Source: Limisphaerales bacterium (GTDB lineage Bacteria; Verrucomicrobiota; Verrucomicrobiia; Limisphaerales; JAJOIW01). From it: DNA of 64,000 bases. The notes under the pieces were generated by a model that saw only the letters and a program-made list of their open reading frames with translations, was not told the DNA's origin and made no database searches. The position numbers and the translations under genes were made by a program. Below are positions 1 to 9,762 of the stretch, piece by piece. The DNA is taken from the NCBI GenBank assembly GCA_965657355.1, contig CBFHOE010000005.1, positions 32,001 to 96,000 of the forward strand, read 5' to 3'. Each line of letters opens with the position of its first letter. Position 1 is the first letter of the stretch.

Positions 1-96
1 CCGGCCGACTATTTCATTAGAATACGGGTCGGCAACATCAATCCATTGATCACCTGCGGTCGCTTTACCAGCGATGTAACAACTAAAGTCTTTCAT
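1..96 (-). CDS. phnY: N-terminus of an aldehyde dehydrogenase, probably phosphonoacetaldehyde dehydrogenase (partial, runs off the left edge)
   Basis: Not in the ORF track. The ATG at 96-94 overlaps the phnA stop (ATGA). Manual translation MKDFSCYIAGKATAGDQWIDVADPYSNEIVGR resembles ALDH N-termini (IAG...IDVxxPYSxExVG). Its position after phnW-phnA fits phnWAY. Confidence 0.7.
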   Translation of the reverse strand, partial: MKDFSCYIAGKATAGDQWIDVADPYSNEIVGR

Positions 97-1334
97 GCGT
101 TTCCTCCATTAAGGGTAAAATCAAAGATATCAAAATTACGAATATCGCCTTGGGCTTTTAGATAATAATCATGATTCACAGGCATTGACGTAAAGAAAGG
201 AACCATTTCCTCATATCGACCTCCGTGGGAGCGAAGTGGGGCGTCGAGCTCATCAAGGTTGTGGTATTCAGGCTTTCTACCGATTGCCACATCTCTAGCT
301 GACATGATGATGATGTCTCCTAGTCGGTCGAGTGGTAGCTCCAAATTCTTGGCCGCGATTTCTTTTTCTAAAACTTCAGTAATTCCGTCGATAGACCAAA
401 TGAAATCAATGACTTGTTTTTGGGTGACTGATGAATCTTGAGGAAGGTGGACCACCCCGTATGAACCCAAGGCTCCGTGGTGTTTTACATAAGGATCAGT
501 AATGGGAAGGATCACTTTAAAGCCCTCACCAAATTTTTCTTCAAGGAGACTTTGGACATAAATGACTTTAGGGTTTCCATCCTTGTCCGCTTTCCCGTTC
601 ATTCCATGATCTGCTGTTCCGCCAACGATTGTCCCCAGGTCAAGAAGTTTACCGATTTGGGTATCAATGTCCTGATAAAATTTCAGGGATTCAGGAGCTT
701 CAGGAGCATAGGTGTGCTGCATGAAATCGGTAAGCGATAGGTATAAAAAATCAGCGAGTCCACGATTTACCAGTTCAGCCCCGGCCTTCAAGGCATATAC
801 ACTGGCATCCGGACTATAAATGGGAGGCGTTGGGCCGACCATTTCTTCTACATTATCTATACCATTCTTTTGTAGTGTCGCTTCCCCTGCTTTTTCGCTG
901 GAGAAACAGATTCCGGTTATTCCTTTGGAGAAGAGTTCCAACAACTTGTTTTTGGCCGTGACGAAAGCCACTTTACGGCCTGCTTTGGAAGCCTCTGCGA
1001 GTATAGTTTCAGATCGGAGGTAAATTGAAGAGTTCATCATGACCTCTTCACCTGATTCTGGGTCTAAGAAAAAATTACCTGGTAATCCATGAATTTTTGG
1101 AGGGGCACCGGTAACAATGGATGCATTGTTTACATTTGTGAAAGAAGGTAGAGCACCTCGAGCCATACATTTGAAACCGGTTCGGACGATTTTTTGCAGG
1201 TTGGGCATCAAACCTTTGGCGATGCCTATGTCCAAATATTCATTGGCGCAACCATCTATACAAATGACAGCCACAGGTTTAGATGGGAGTCGGTACTCCC
1301 TTCCATTTACAGCGATTGTTCCTTCTTTAATCAT
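93..1334 (-). CDS. phnA: Phosphonoacetate hydrolase (alkaline phosphatase superfamily)
   Basis: Motifs VICIDG, PSFTNVNNASIVTG (Thr nucleophile region), TDFMQH, TADHGMN, DPYVKHHGALG and LRSHGG; adjacent to phnW. Confidence 0.93.
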   Translation of the reverse strand: MIKEGTIAVNGREYRLPSKPVAVICIDGCANEYLDIGIAKGLMPNLQKIVRTGFKCMARGALPSFTNVNNASIVTGAPPKIHGLPGNFFLDPESGEEVMMNSSIYLRSETILAEASKAGRKVAFVTAKNKLLELFSKGITGICFSSEKAGEATLQKNGIDNVEEMVGPTPPIYSPDASVYALKAGAELVNRGLADFLYLSLTDFMQHTYAPEAPESLKFYQDIDTQIGKLLDLGTIVGGTADHGMNGKADKDGNPKVIYVQSLLEEKFGEGFKVILPITDPYVKHHGALGSYGVVHLPQDSSVTQKQVIDFIWSIDGITEVLEKEIAAKNLELPLDRLGDIIIMSARDVAIGRKPEYHNLDELDAPLRSHGGRYEEMVPFFTSMPVNHDYYLKAQGDIRNFDIFDFTLNGGNA

Positions 1335-1347
1335 TCTATTACAAAAT

Positions 1348-2484
1348 TTATAGAGTAATCTCCATTTCCTTCAAAGCATACTCGATGCTTTGAAGTAACT
1401 GTCTCATGTCATGTTCAAAAATACGCCCAACGTTACCGATTCTAAAGCACTCGGTGTCGGTCAATTTACCCGGATAGATCAACATTCCTTGATCACTCAA
1501 GAGTTTATAAAATTGACTGAACTCGAAATTAGGGTGTTTCGGAAAATGAAATGTGGTGATCATGTATCCTTGTAGCTCAGGCTTTAAGAAAGGAACAAAC
1601 CCGAGATCTTTCATCCCCTCGATAAGCACTTTATGATTTCTCCGATATCGAGCTTCTCTTCCCGCCACTCCTCCTTCTTGCTCAAACTCAACGAGGGCCT
1701 GCTGAAAGGCTAAAATACAATGTGTAGGAGGTGTATATCTAAATTGGCCTTTGGCCTCAAAGTATTCCAGTTGATGCAGTAAATCTAAGCTTAGGGATCG
1801 TTGTTGCCCACGATTGGCCTCAAGGCACTCGCGTTTGAGAAAGACAAAAGCAAAACCAGGTACTCCTTCAAAACATTTGTTGGGCGAGGAGATAAGGTAA
1901 TCAATAAAACACTTATGAAAATCAATTTCGATGGCACCAAAGGAGCTCATGGCATCGACAATATATTGTCTTTGATTTTTTCTTACGATTTTACCGATGG
2001 CCTCGATTGGATTTATGATACCAGTTGTCGTTTCACAGTGGACGACAGCGACGTGGGTAATGTCTTTATCAGCTTCAAGGAGTTTATCGATCTGTTCCGG
2101 ATCCGGGGGCTCATCTTCACCAGTCCTATAGACAAGGTGGTCGATTTTGAGAGCCTTGGCCATCGCCATCATGCGTTCTCCGTATGCTCCATTCGAATGA
2201 ATGAGAAGTTTACCAAATTCTGGAATGGCTGATGCCAGCACAGACTCAACCCCATAAGTTCCACTTCCCTGTAGGAGAACAATTTCAAAGCCATCTCTTT
2301 TTCGGTCGAGATTGGCAACCTCCATTAACTTGTCTTGGATTTCCTTAACAATCTCATGGAATTCGTAGTGCCATGAACCAGCATCATGGAGCATAGCATG
2401 TTTCACTTTTAGGCTTGTCGTAAGAGGGCCAGGTGTAAACAGAGTTTTATCTCGGTGCCAATTAACAGGGTATGGATCGTTCAT
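1348..2484 (-). CDS. phnW: 2-aminoethylphosphonate--pyruvate transaminase
   Basis: Motifs LFTPGPLTTS, LQGSGT, NGAYGERM, HCETTTG, DAMSSFG, SSPNKCFEGVPG (PLP lysine), GQFRYTPPTH and IYPGKL. Confidence 0.95.
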   Translation of the reverse strand: MNDPYPVNWHRDKTLFTPGPLTTSLKVKHAMLHDAGSWHYEFHEIVKEIQDKLMEVANLDRKRDGFEIVLLQGSGTYGVESVLASAIPEFGKLLIHSNGAYGERMMAMAKALKIDHLVYRTGEDEPPDPEQIDKLLEADKDITHVAVVHCETTTGIINPIEAIGKIVRKNQRQYIVDAMSSFGAIEIDFHKCFIDYLISSPNKCFEGVPGFAFVFLKRECLEANRGQQRSLSLDLLHQLEYFEAKGQFRYTPPTHCILAFQQALVEFEQEGGVAGREARYRRNHKVLIEGMKDLGFVPFLKPELQGYMITTFHFPKHPNFEFSQFYKLLSDQGMLIYPGKLTDTECFRIGNVGRIFEHDMRQLLQSIEYALKEMEITL

Positions 2485-2528
2485 TTATAATGATAATATA
2501 TATAAAAATAACCTTACATTGTAGACCA

Positions 2529-3926
2529 CTACTTGGCAGGTTTCTTATTGAGAAAATAAAATAATGATGCCACTAAAAATATCAGAGAAATATAACTGAT
2601 GTGCAGTGTGATTGAATTAAAAAACTGAAAGTGACTAATTTCTGAAAAGATCCGGTCTTTTATAAAGAGGAGAACTACAACACCAGAATACCCAATGGAG
2701 TCCGCCACGTAGATTGCAAAAACCGCTGTGCCTGAGAATTTGGTTACGGCAATAATTCGATCAAACAACATGGAATTAAATGGAACGTATATCAGATATG
2801 AACCCAAGCCAGTGGCCACCATATACGAGAAGGGAGTAATTGATTTTTCTGAGATAGCAAAGCTGGAAAATGCCAACATAAAGCATCCAACTCCCATGAC
2901 AATAAAAGCAGCAATCAAGCCACGTCTATTGTTTCTGAGGATATTCAAACCAGCCATAACTCCCATGACAATGAAGGCCACAATTGTTTCTGAGGTAGAG
3001 ATGAATGAATCATTATCTTCATTATCTTCAACCCCCAAATCCTCGAGTATATCCACCATGAAATTATCCCTGAAATCTCTGAAGACAGTGATTAAGAGGT
3101 AGACTATGCATAACATTGAAAGCCCAAAGGCAAATTGCTTAATAAAGTCCCATCGACGTGAACCATTCATTTGAGTTCTCTCAGCCCTTTCCTCGACATC
3201 CTTCTGATTAGGTTTTGGAATTCTCGAGAGCATCCACACAGATAAAAAGAATAAGGGAAGAAAGTGGAGGCCAACAATAAATGGCATCCATGATTCACTC
3301 ACCTCACCTATTTGCCCACCAATCACTGACCCAATAATTGGAATACTCTCCCACTGACTGGCAATGGTCCCATTCATAAGTTTGATCCCAAAATCCTTAA
3401 CGATACCACTACTCATAATGAAAGAGCAGCTTAAGCCAGCCATGAGAATTTCGGATGTTCTTCTTCCCTCGAGGAACCAAACAACCACCCCCCAAACCAT
3501 ACCCAGCGGGAGTCCGTTAAAAAAGATTGGGATCACTTTCCATTCACCCGGGACAAATCCATAAAAAAGAAGTGAGGTCTCAGCAAATAAAATCAAACCA
3601 ACCATCATCCAGGCTCTTTTTGACGGGGTGATTTCTGAACAAACTTTTAACCCAATATACTTGGATAGGGCATAACCAAGAATCTGACTTATCACAACGG
3701 CACTCTTTAAAGTCACATCACTGGAAAACCACCCAAATTCTTCTCCATCGAATTTAGCTGCGGAAAAAGGTTTCCGAAATGCGTACATACAAAAGTATGT
3801 ACAAAAAGCAACGGCCGTAGCGTAGAAAACAAAGACAGGCTGTGGAGCCTTCTCCAACAATCGAGTCATCCATCCCGATTGAGATTTGGCTTCATTTTCT
3901 TCAGTTTGCCCAGATTTATCTGACAT
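2529..3926 (-). CDS. DUF5690-family multi-pass membrane protein (MFS-like), candidate phosphonate transporter
   Basis: About 11-12 hydrophobic segments; motifs YFCMYAFRKPF, SQILGYALSKYIG, FLEGRRTSE and FRDFRDNF; directly upstream of phnW. Confidence 0.75.
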   Translation of the reverse strand: MSDKSGQTEENEAKSQSGWMTRLLEKAPQPVFVFYATAVAFCTYFCMYAFRKPFSAAKFDGEEFGWFSSDVTLKSAVVISQILGYALSKYIGLKVCSEITPSKRAWMMVGLILFAETSLLFYGFVPGEWKVIPIFFNGLPLGMVWGVVVWFLEGRRTSEILMAGLSCSFIMSSGIVKDFGIKLMNGTIASQWESIPIIGSVIGGQIGEVSESWMPFIVGLHFLPLFFLSVWMLSRIPKPNQKDVEERAERTQMNGSRRWDFIKQFAFGLSMLCIVYLLITVFRDFRDNFMVDILEDLGVEDNEDNDSFISTSETIVAFIVMGVMAGLNILRNNRRGLIAAFIVMGVGCFMLAFSSFAISEKSITPFSYMVATGLGSYLIYVPFNSMLFDRIIAVTKFSGTAVFAIYVADSIGYSGVVVLLFIKDRIFSEISHFQFFNSITLHISYISLIFLVASLFYFLNKKPAK

Positions 3927-3960
3927 GCGAGTATACTACACCTTTGACAATACCCGATAT

Positions 3961-3978
3961 GTGACAATCAGGTGAAAT
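3961..3978 (-). promoter_or_regulatory. Pho-box-like 7-4-7 direct repeat upstream of the DUF5690-phn operon
   Basis: Minus strand ATTTCAC-CTGA-TTGTCAC with an 11-bp period, about 35 bp upstream of the start codon. Confidence 0.4.
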
Positions 3979-4009
3979 AAAAAAAGAGGCTGATCTCATG
4001 ACCAGCCTC
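3978..4009 (-). terminator. Rho-independent terminator after the 1681-aa gene
   Basis: Minus strand GAGGCTGGTC-ATGA-GATCAGCCTC followed by a T run. Confidence 0.75.
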
Positions 4010-4046
4010 CATGGGCGTTCGAAAATATGAAGCTTATTAGCACCTA

Positions 4047-7000
4047 TTATTGAACGATGCGATAAAATTTCGAAGCATCAATCATATCTTCTATAAACGG
4101 TGAGGTAGCACCATCAACTGGTGTCCATGGTCCGTTAATTGAAGGAGCAGACTCGAGAGTTCCACTAGTGAACTCGATATTGATTTGACCGCCTACTGTA
4201 GAAGCTTTGATTGTCGGAAGCGATGATACGTGCACATCCCCCTGCAAAAGCTGAATGTTGTCGACTGCCCAGTACCAATCATTTCCGGCTTCTGCATAAG
4301 TGAAGGTGAGAGCAACATTTTGAGCGTCACCAGGATTGAAGAGAGGAACTGTGACAGTTTCATTTCTGTGGGCGGCAGAATCACCCTTAAAGAATGGTCC
4401 TTCTGCAGATTCCCAACGGAGTATTTCGATGGGTTCTCCACCATCAAATGATACCTCAATAATACCCTTCTGATCCGCGTATGGGCGCCAGATAGAGTCG
4501 AATCTCAGGAATGCACTATTAGCAGGTATTCCTTCAAGTGAGATTGGGGCAGATGTCATGATGGCAGTCATCTTGCCTGGAGCATGAGTGGCATCATCCC
4601 ACTCATCACCGTCGGCAATTGCGATAGTTCCCTGTCCTTTTAGGAAGTCACCTCTAGCTTGACCACCAGCAGCTTCGACCCACCAGTCTTTGTTGGCGAA
4701 TCCCCATCCTGCCCATTCGGTAACACCATCATTGTCAGGATCTTCAAATCCAGGAACGAGGCTATCATCGATGGTCCAGCCTTCAGGCCCTTCACCACTC
4801 CATACTGTGTCTCCTGCGACGCCTTCATCTACGTTTGGTCCAAGAATGATTCCTTCGAAATCTTCTATCCAGAATGGATCAACTTCAGCAGTGAGCTCGA
4901 TATTATCTATTGCCCAGTACCAATCGTTACCTGCGTCAGCATATGCGAATGTAAGTTGCAGGGATTTAGCTCCTTCTGGATTGTCGATCATGATAGAGAC
5001 TGGTTCGTCTCTATTAAGATCATTTTCAGGTTTGAAGTTCGGAGAACTTGCGTTTGATTCCCATCTTAAAATTTCTACTGGCTCAGAGTCGTCGAATTTA
5101 GCGGTTATTATGCCCTTCATTTCGTCGTATGGTCTGAAATTAGAATCGAATTTCAAAACCATGGAACTAGCAATAACTCCATCAAGATCGATAACAGGAG
5201 AAGTTAGTAATGAGGTCATTTCACCAGGAGCATGAGTTGCATCATCCCACTCATCACCATCGCCAATAGCAACAGTTCCTTGGCCTCGTGTGAATGTTGA
5301 ACGACCTTGGTCACCTGCAGTTTCGATCCACCAATCTTTGTCAGCAAATCCCCATCCTGCCCATTCGGTAACACCATCATTGTCAGGATCATCATTTCCA
5401 GGAACACCAGAATCATCAAGTGACCAACCTGCTGGAGGATCAACAGAAACCACTGCGTCTCCGACAACTCCTTCGTCAATATTTGGGCCAAGCGGCATCG
5501 ATTCAAAGTCTTCAAATAGGAGCGTTGCGAATTTACTTTGAGCAACCACCCGCACTTCTACTGGATCAGATTCAACGTAGCCTGCATCATTTATGGCTCT
5601 AAGAACATAAAAACCTTCGCCGTTGGATTGGATGTTTGCGATGGATAAATTTAAGTCATTACCCCCAACGACTGGTTCACGGTTTCCAGTAGGAGCAATT
5701 CCAAAGAACCATTGGTATTCGGTAGCTCCTTCAACCTCCGCAAGGATGTTAAGTGAGCCTCCAGCGGCTGGGAAGTTAGTGTCTTCTAACACAGAGACAA
5801 TAACTGGCAATTCAACCAGTGGTTCTTCACAAGTAACGACAATGTTATCAATTGCCCAGTACCAATCATTTCCAGCATCAGCATAGCTGAATGAAAGATT
5901 CATCTTATTTGCACCTTCTGGATTTCTTAGACGAATTCCACGAACGGCGTCATTTGTAGCTTTTGCTTTGAGGCGGCCATTTACGTCATTGGACTCCCAG
6001 CGAACTACCTCAATTGGTTCTCCACCGTCGTAGCTTACAGTGATGATTGCTTTCTGTTCAGCGTAAGGATTCCATGATGAATCAAAATTCAACACAAGGA
6101 AGTTTGGATCAATACCAGAAATGTCGATGTCTGGAGTTGTCATAAGGGTGGTCATCTTACCAGAAGCATGAGTTGCATCATCCCACTCATCACCGTCACT
6201 GATAGCAACAGTGCCTTGACCGATAGTAAACTCTGATCTGCCCTGATCACCAGCTGTGTTGATCCACCAATCCTTGTCAGCAAATCCCCAGCCAGCCCAC
6301 TCGGAAACACCATCATTGTCAGGATCTCCATTTCCTGGAACACCCGAGTCATCGATGATCCAACCTTCCGGACCAGCTCCACTCCATACGGCGTCACCGG
6401 CGACTCCTTCGTCTAAATTTGGACCCAATTGAATACTTTCAAAATCCTCAGAAAAGATGGGAGCAACTTGGCCCGTAACTTTAATGTTATCTATTGCCCA
6501 ATACCAGTCATTGCCTGCATCTGCATAAGTGAAGGTAAGGACCATCTTATTAGCACCTTCCGGATTATTGAAGAGAGTGACAAAGTTTTCACTTTGGGCA
6601 TCATCAGCTTTAAAGAATTCACTTCCAGAAACTGATTCCCAACGAACAACTTCCACTTCAGTGACTCCATCAAAGATAGCAGTGATGATAGCTTTCTGGT
6701 TATCGTAAGGTCTCCAAGCAGAGGAGAATGATAATGCCATTGAATTAGCTTCAATTCCAGTGACATCGATCTCTGGAGTTTGCATAATCGAAGTGATTTC
6801 TCCTGGATCGTGTGATGCATCATCCCACTCATCACCATCGGAAATTGCAATAGTCCCCTGACCTGTCTTAAAGTTTGATCTACCTTGGTCTCCGGCGGTA
6901 GAAGCCCACCAATCGCGATCAGCGAATGACCAACCAGCCCATTCTGTAACACCATCTGTGGCATCATCACCAGCACCTGGGACGCCAGAATCGTCAATGG

Positions 7001-9092
7001 ACCACCCGTCTGGACCTTCCTTAGACCAAACAGCATCACCAGCAAGTCCTTCATTTACATTTGGACCAAGTTCAACACTTTCGAAGTCTTCAAAGAAGAG
7101 AGTCTTTCCTGAGGGTTTGAAATTTACCTTAAGCTCTGCTTCGGAACTTGAAACAGTCGCAACTGGATTTGTTGCCTCGACACTGTAGAAACCAACATCA
7201 TCAAGAGTAACTGAGGTTAAGGTTAATTCGGTAGATGTAGCACCATCTATAGCAGTTCTTGCATCTCCTCTACCTCTGAACCATTGATAAGTAATAGGTT
7301 CTGCCCCTTGAGCAGAAACATTGAAGACAGCATTTTCACCTTCTTCGATTTGTAGTGCTTCTGGGTGTTTTACAATAGAAACTGGTTCGAGACCTAGTTT
7401 GAGGAAGATGTTATCCACGGCCCACCACCAGTCATTTCCGGCGTTCTCTAAACCAAATCTTAGTTGCAACTTTTTGGCTCCTTCCGGATTCTTTAAATTT
7501 CTGACAACAGTTTCATTGATATTTTCTACCCCAGCTGGTGCAGGATAATCCGGACCTTTGAAGAATGGTGAAGAAGGAACGGATTCCCAACGTATTACTG
7601 ACTGGAATTCACCACCATCAAAACTGACATCTATTTTACCTGTCATATCTGAGTAAGGTCTCCAGCTTGAGTCAAACTGAAGAAGAATTTGATTTGCTGG
7701 ATAACCAGAAATGTCGATTTCAGCGGTTGTCATCCGTGTGCTCATTTCACCAGGACCATGTGGCTGGTCATCCCATTCGTCAGGATCTATAACAAGAATA
7801 GTTCCTTGAGCATTGTTGAACCTTGAACGATCCTGGTCACCCGCAACAGCAACCCACCACTCGTAGTCGGCAAAGCTCCACCCTGCCCATTCAGTTACCC
7901 CATCATTTCCCTCTTCAGAAGTAGGAACATCATCTTCAACAGACCAACCAGTCGGCCCATTTTCCGACCAAACTTCCTCGCCGACAAGAGATTCATCAAC
8001 ATTTGATCCGAGTATTACATCTTCAAAGTCCTCAGCATAGATAGCCACATCGAACATATGGTCCAGAGTTACTTCGCCTTTTATGCTGTCTGTATATGAA
8101 ACTTGGATTTTTACTTTATCTCCAACAGCCAGATCAAAATCATCAGCAATGATTTCAAGAATTGTACCGTCGGTATCAATTTCAAATTCCACATCCGTAT
8201 CATTGATTTTGAGTAAAATTGAGTTCTCGTCGATTTCTGCAGTTCCCGAGTTAATGACAACTCCAACCTCGGTTTCGTCAGTCGCTACATTTTTAGCTGG
8301 AATGAAATTTTCAACATAGGATGGCACAGGAGGAAGTTCGGTTGGTATTCCTTCAGCTTCGGCTCCACCAAGCTCTCTAATTTGTGGCGCAGAAAGTGCC
8401 TCAGCTCTGATCTGAAGAGAAGCAATGTATCCACCGAACGATGGGCCCGCTTCGGACAAGAAAACTCCACTTGTTCCACCAGGGGTGATGGATGCAACTC
8501 CATCCGGTATCTGAAGAGGATCAACGTCATATCCACCTACGTGCTCACCATCAATGAACATTTGAACACTTGCAGAAGCTGAATTAGCAGACCATGCAAG
8601 ACGGTGCCAGGAGTTAGCCGGAACATTTCCGCCAGCTGCTACAGTTGATACACCAATCTGGTTCCCAGTTGTGACATTAAACTCAGGTCCCTCCAGGCTT
8701 GTCGTAGTATCCAGAATAGGACGAAATTTTCCGTTAGATTCTTCAGGAAATAGAACGTCAATGATAATGGTATAGTCATTTAGGTTTGACGGTTCTATAT
8801 CGTCTACTATGACACCATTCACAACATCAGGCATCCGAATCCAAAATCCATCAAATTCAGGGAAACCTGGGAGATAAACTACTTCGGCAGAGGCTCCATT
8901 AATGGGGCTAATTTCAAATGATTCCGTAGTACCAAATTTAATAAGAGCGGCAACTTCATCTGAAGTGACTGAGGTCTCTTCGCCAGATACGGCATCGAGG
9001 GTTCCATTAAAATTCCATTGTAAGACTTCCTGGCCTTGTGTGCTCGACAGCATGACTTGGAAGCAAAACAATAATGTTAAGATTCTATTCAT
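4047..9092 (-). CDS. Giant secreted repeat protein (1681 aa): signal peptide, LamG-like domain, Ig-like domains, 5 copies of a ~210-aa acidic Trp-rich module, C-terminal FYR domain
   Basis: Signal peptide MNRILTLLFCFQVMLSSTQG. The module EDFE...GVTEWAGWxFA...DGDEWDD...GNDWYWAIDNI occurs 5 times. I-set Ig motifs YQWF and DVGFYSVEATN are present. Ends SKFYRIVQ. Confidence 0.85.
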   Translation of the reverse strand: MNRILTLLFCFQVMLSSTQGQEVLQWNFNGTLDAVSGEETSVTSDEVAALIKFGTTESFEISPINGASAEVVYLPGFPEFDGFWIRMPDVVNGVIVDDIEPSNLNDYTIIIDVLFPEESNGKFRPILDTTTSLEGPEFNVTTGNQIGVSTVAAGGNVPANSWHRLAWSANSASASVQMFIDGEHVGGYDVDPLQIPDGVASITPGGTSGVFLSEAGPSFGGYIASLQIRAEALSAPQIRELGGAEAEGIPTELPPVPSYVENFIPAKNVATDETEVGVVINSGTAEIDENSILLKINDTDVEFEIDTDGTILEIIADDFDLAVGDKVKIQVSYTDSIKGEVTLDHMFDVAIYAEDFEDVILGSNVDESLVGEEVWSENGPTGWSVEDDVPTSEEGNDGVTEWAGWSFADYEWWVAVAGDQDRSRFNNAQGTILVIDPDEWDDQPHGPGEMSTRMTTAEIDISGYPANQILLQFDSSWRPYSDMTGKIDVSFDGGEFQSVIRWESVPSSPFFKGPDYPAPAGVENINETVVRNLKNPEGAKKLQLRFGLENAGNDWWWAVDNIFLKLGLEPVSIVKHPEALQIEEGENAVFNVSAQGAEPITYQWFRGRGDARTAIDGATSTELTLTSVTLDDVGFYSVEATNPVATVSSSEAELKVNFKPSGKTLFFEDFESVELGPNVNEGLAGDAVWSKEGPDGWSIDDSGVPGAGDDATDGVTEWAGWSFADRDWWASTAGDQGRSNFKTGQGTIAISDGDEWDDASHDPGEITSIMQTPEIDVTGIEANSMALSFSSAWRPYDNQKAIITAIFDGVTEVEVVRWESVSGSEFFKADDAQSENFVTLFNNPEGANKMVLTFTYADAGNDWYWAIDNIKVTGQVAPIFSEDFESIQLGPNLDEGVAGDAVWSGAGPEGWIIDDSGVPGNGDPDNDGVSEWAGWGFADKDWWINTAGDQGRSEFTIGQGTVAISDGDEWDDATHASGKMTTLMTTPDIDISGIDPNFLVLNFDSSWNPYAEQKAIITVSYDGGEPIEVVRWESNDVNGRLKAKATNDAVRGIRLRNPEGANKMNLSFSYADAGNDWYWAIDNIVVTCEEPLVELPVIVSVLEDTNFPAAGGSLNILAEVEGATEYQWFFGIAPTGNREPVVGGNDLNLSIANIQSNGEGFYVLRAINDAGYVESDPVEVRVVAQSKFATLLFEDFESMPLGPNIDEGVVGDAVVSVDPPAGWSLDDSGVPGNDDPDNDGVTEWAGWGFADKDWWIETAGDQGRSTFTRGQGTVAIGDGDEWDDATHAPGEMTSLLTSPVIDLDGVIASSMVLKFDSNFRPYDEMKGIITAKFDDSEPVEILRWESNASSPNFKPENDLNRDEPVSIMIDNPEGAKSLQLTFAYADAGNDWYWAIDNIELTAEVDPFWIEDFEGIILGPNVDEGVAGDTVWSGEGPEGWTIDDSLVPGFEDPDNDGVTEWAGWGFANKDWWVEAAGGQARGDFLKGQGTIAIADGDEWDDATHAPGKMTAIMTSAPISLEGIPANSAFLRFDSIWRPYADQKGIIEVSFDGGEPIEILRWESAEGPFFKGDSAAHRNETVTVPLFNPGDAQNVALTFTYAEAGNDWYWAVDNIQLLQGDVHVSSLPTIKASTVGGQINIEFTSGTLESAPSINGPWTPVDGATSPFIEDMIDASKFYRIVQ

Positions 9093-9255
9093 TTTTTCTA
9101 TAGTTTTTGAGAAGTTACTTTGGATCAGTTGCAGTAAAAATTTTCGAAGTATGGAATATAAAATAATGTGAGAAACAGCTGAATAAAGTTTATGTGACGA
9201 TACAGAAAACTCTGAAAATTTTTATGAGTCTCTTCGATTCAAATGGGAACAACAA

Positions 9256-9750
9256 CTATGGATTTACAATGACAGGCATATTTCCATCTTTATCTTCAAT
9301 CTGCCAGGAACTTGAAATTTTAATTCCCTCCATAGAAGCCATTGGGTACCACTTATCCGAATCAAGTTTTCTAACAAAGATATGAGATTTGGATTGGTTT
9401 CTGCCTATAACACGATTGTAGATATCTCCAGTTTCCTCAGCTTTACGACTCATATCTATATCCTTTTTGAGTTGAGTTGAGAATTTTTCAAGATAGGCGA
9501 TTGTTTGTTCTGCTCCATCTTGAGCTGGCTGAATGACAACAGCCCTCACTCCATCAATTTGATCACCATCGATACCTTTGATAGGGGGTATTGATGATTG
9601 TGGTGCTTCAAAAAGTTTTTCGGCACTCTGATCATAAAAATAAATCTTCGGATCAGAGGAAATAGCGTTCTTGCTGTTTTGAGTAAACTTCCAGATTGCA
9701 AATCCAACCAACAAGAGAATAGCAATAACTTTAATAGAATCTGATTTCAT
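9256..9750 (-). CDS. Small hypothetical protein with an N-terminal membrane anchor (pilin-cassette partner)
   Basis: 164 aa with a hydrophobic N-terminus (IKVIAILLLVGFAIW); starts 12 bp after the prepilin-like gene. Confidence 0.75.
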   Translation of the reverse strand: MKSDSIKVIAILLLVGFAIWKFTQNSKNAISSDPKIYFYDQSAEKLFEAPQSSIPPIKGIDGDQIDGVRAVVIQPAQDGAEQTIAYLEKFSTQLKKDIDMSRKAEETGDIYNRVIGRNQSKSHIFVRKLDSDKWYPMASMEGIKISSSWQIEDKDGNMPVIVNP

Positions 9751-9762
9751 TCTTTTCCTAAA

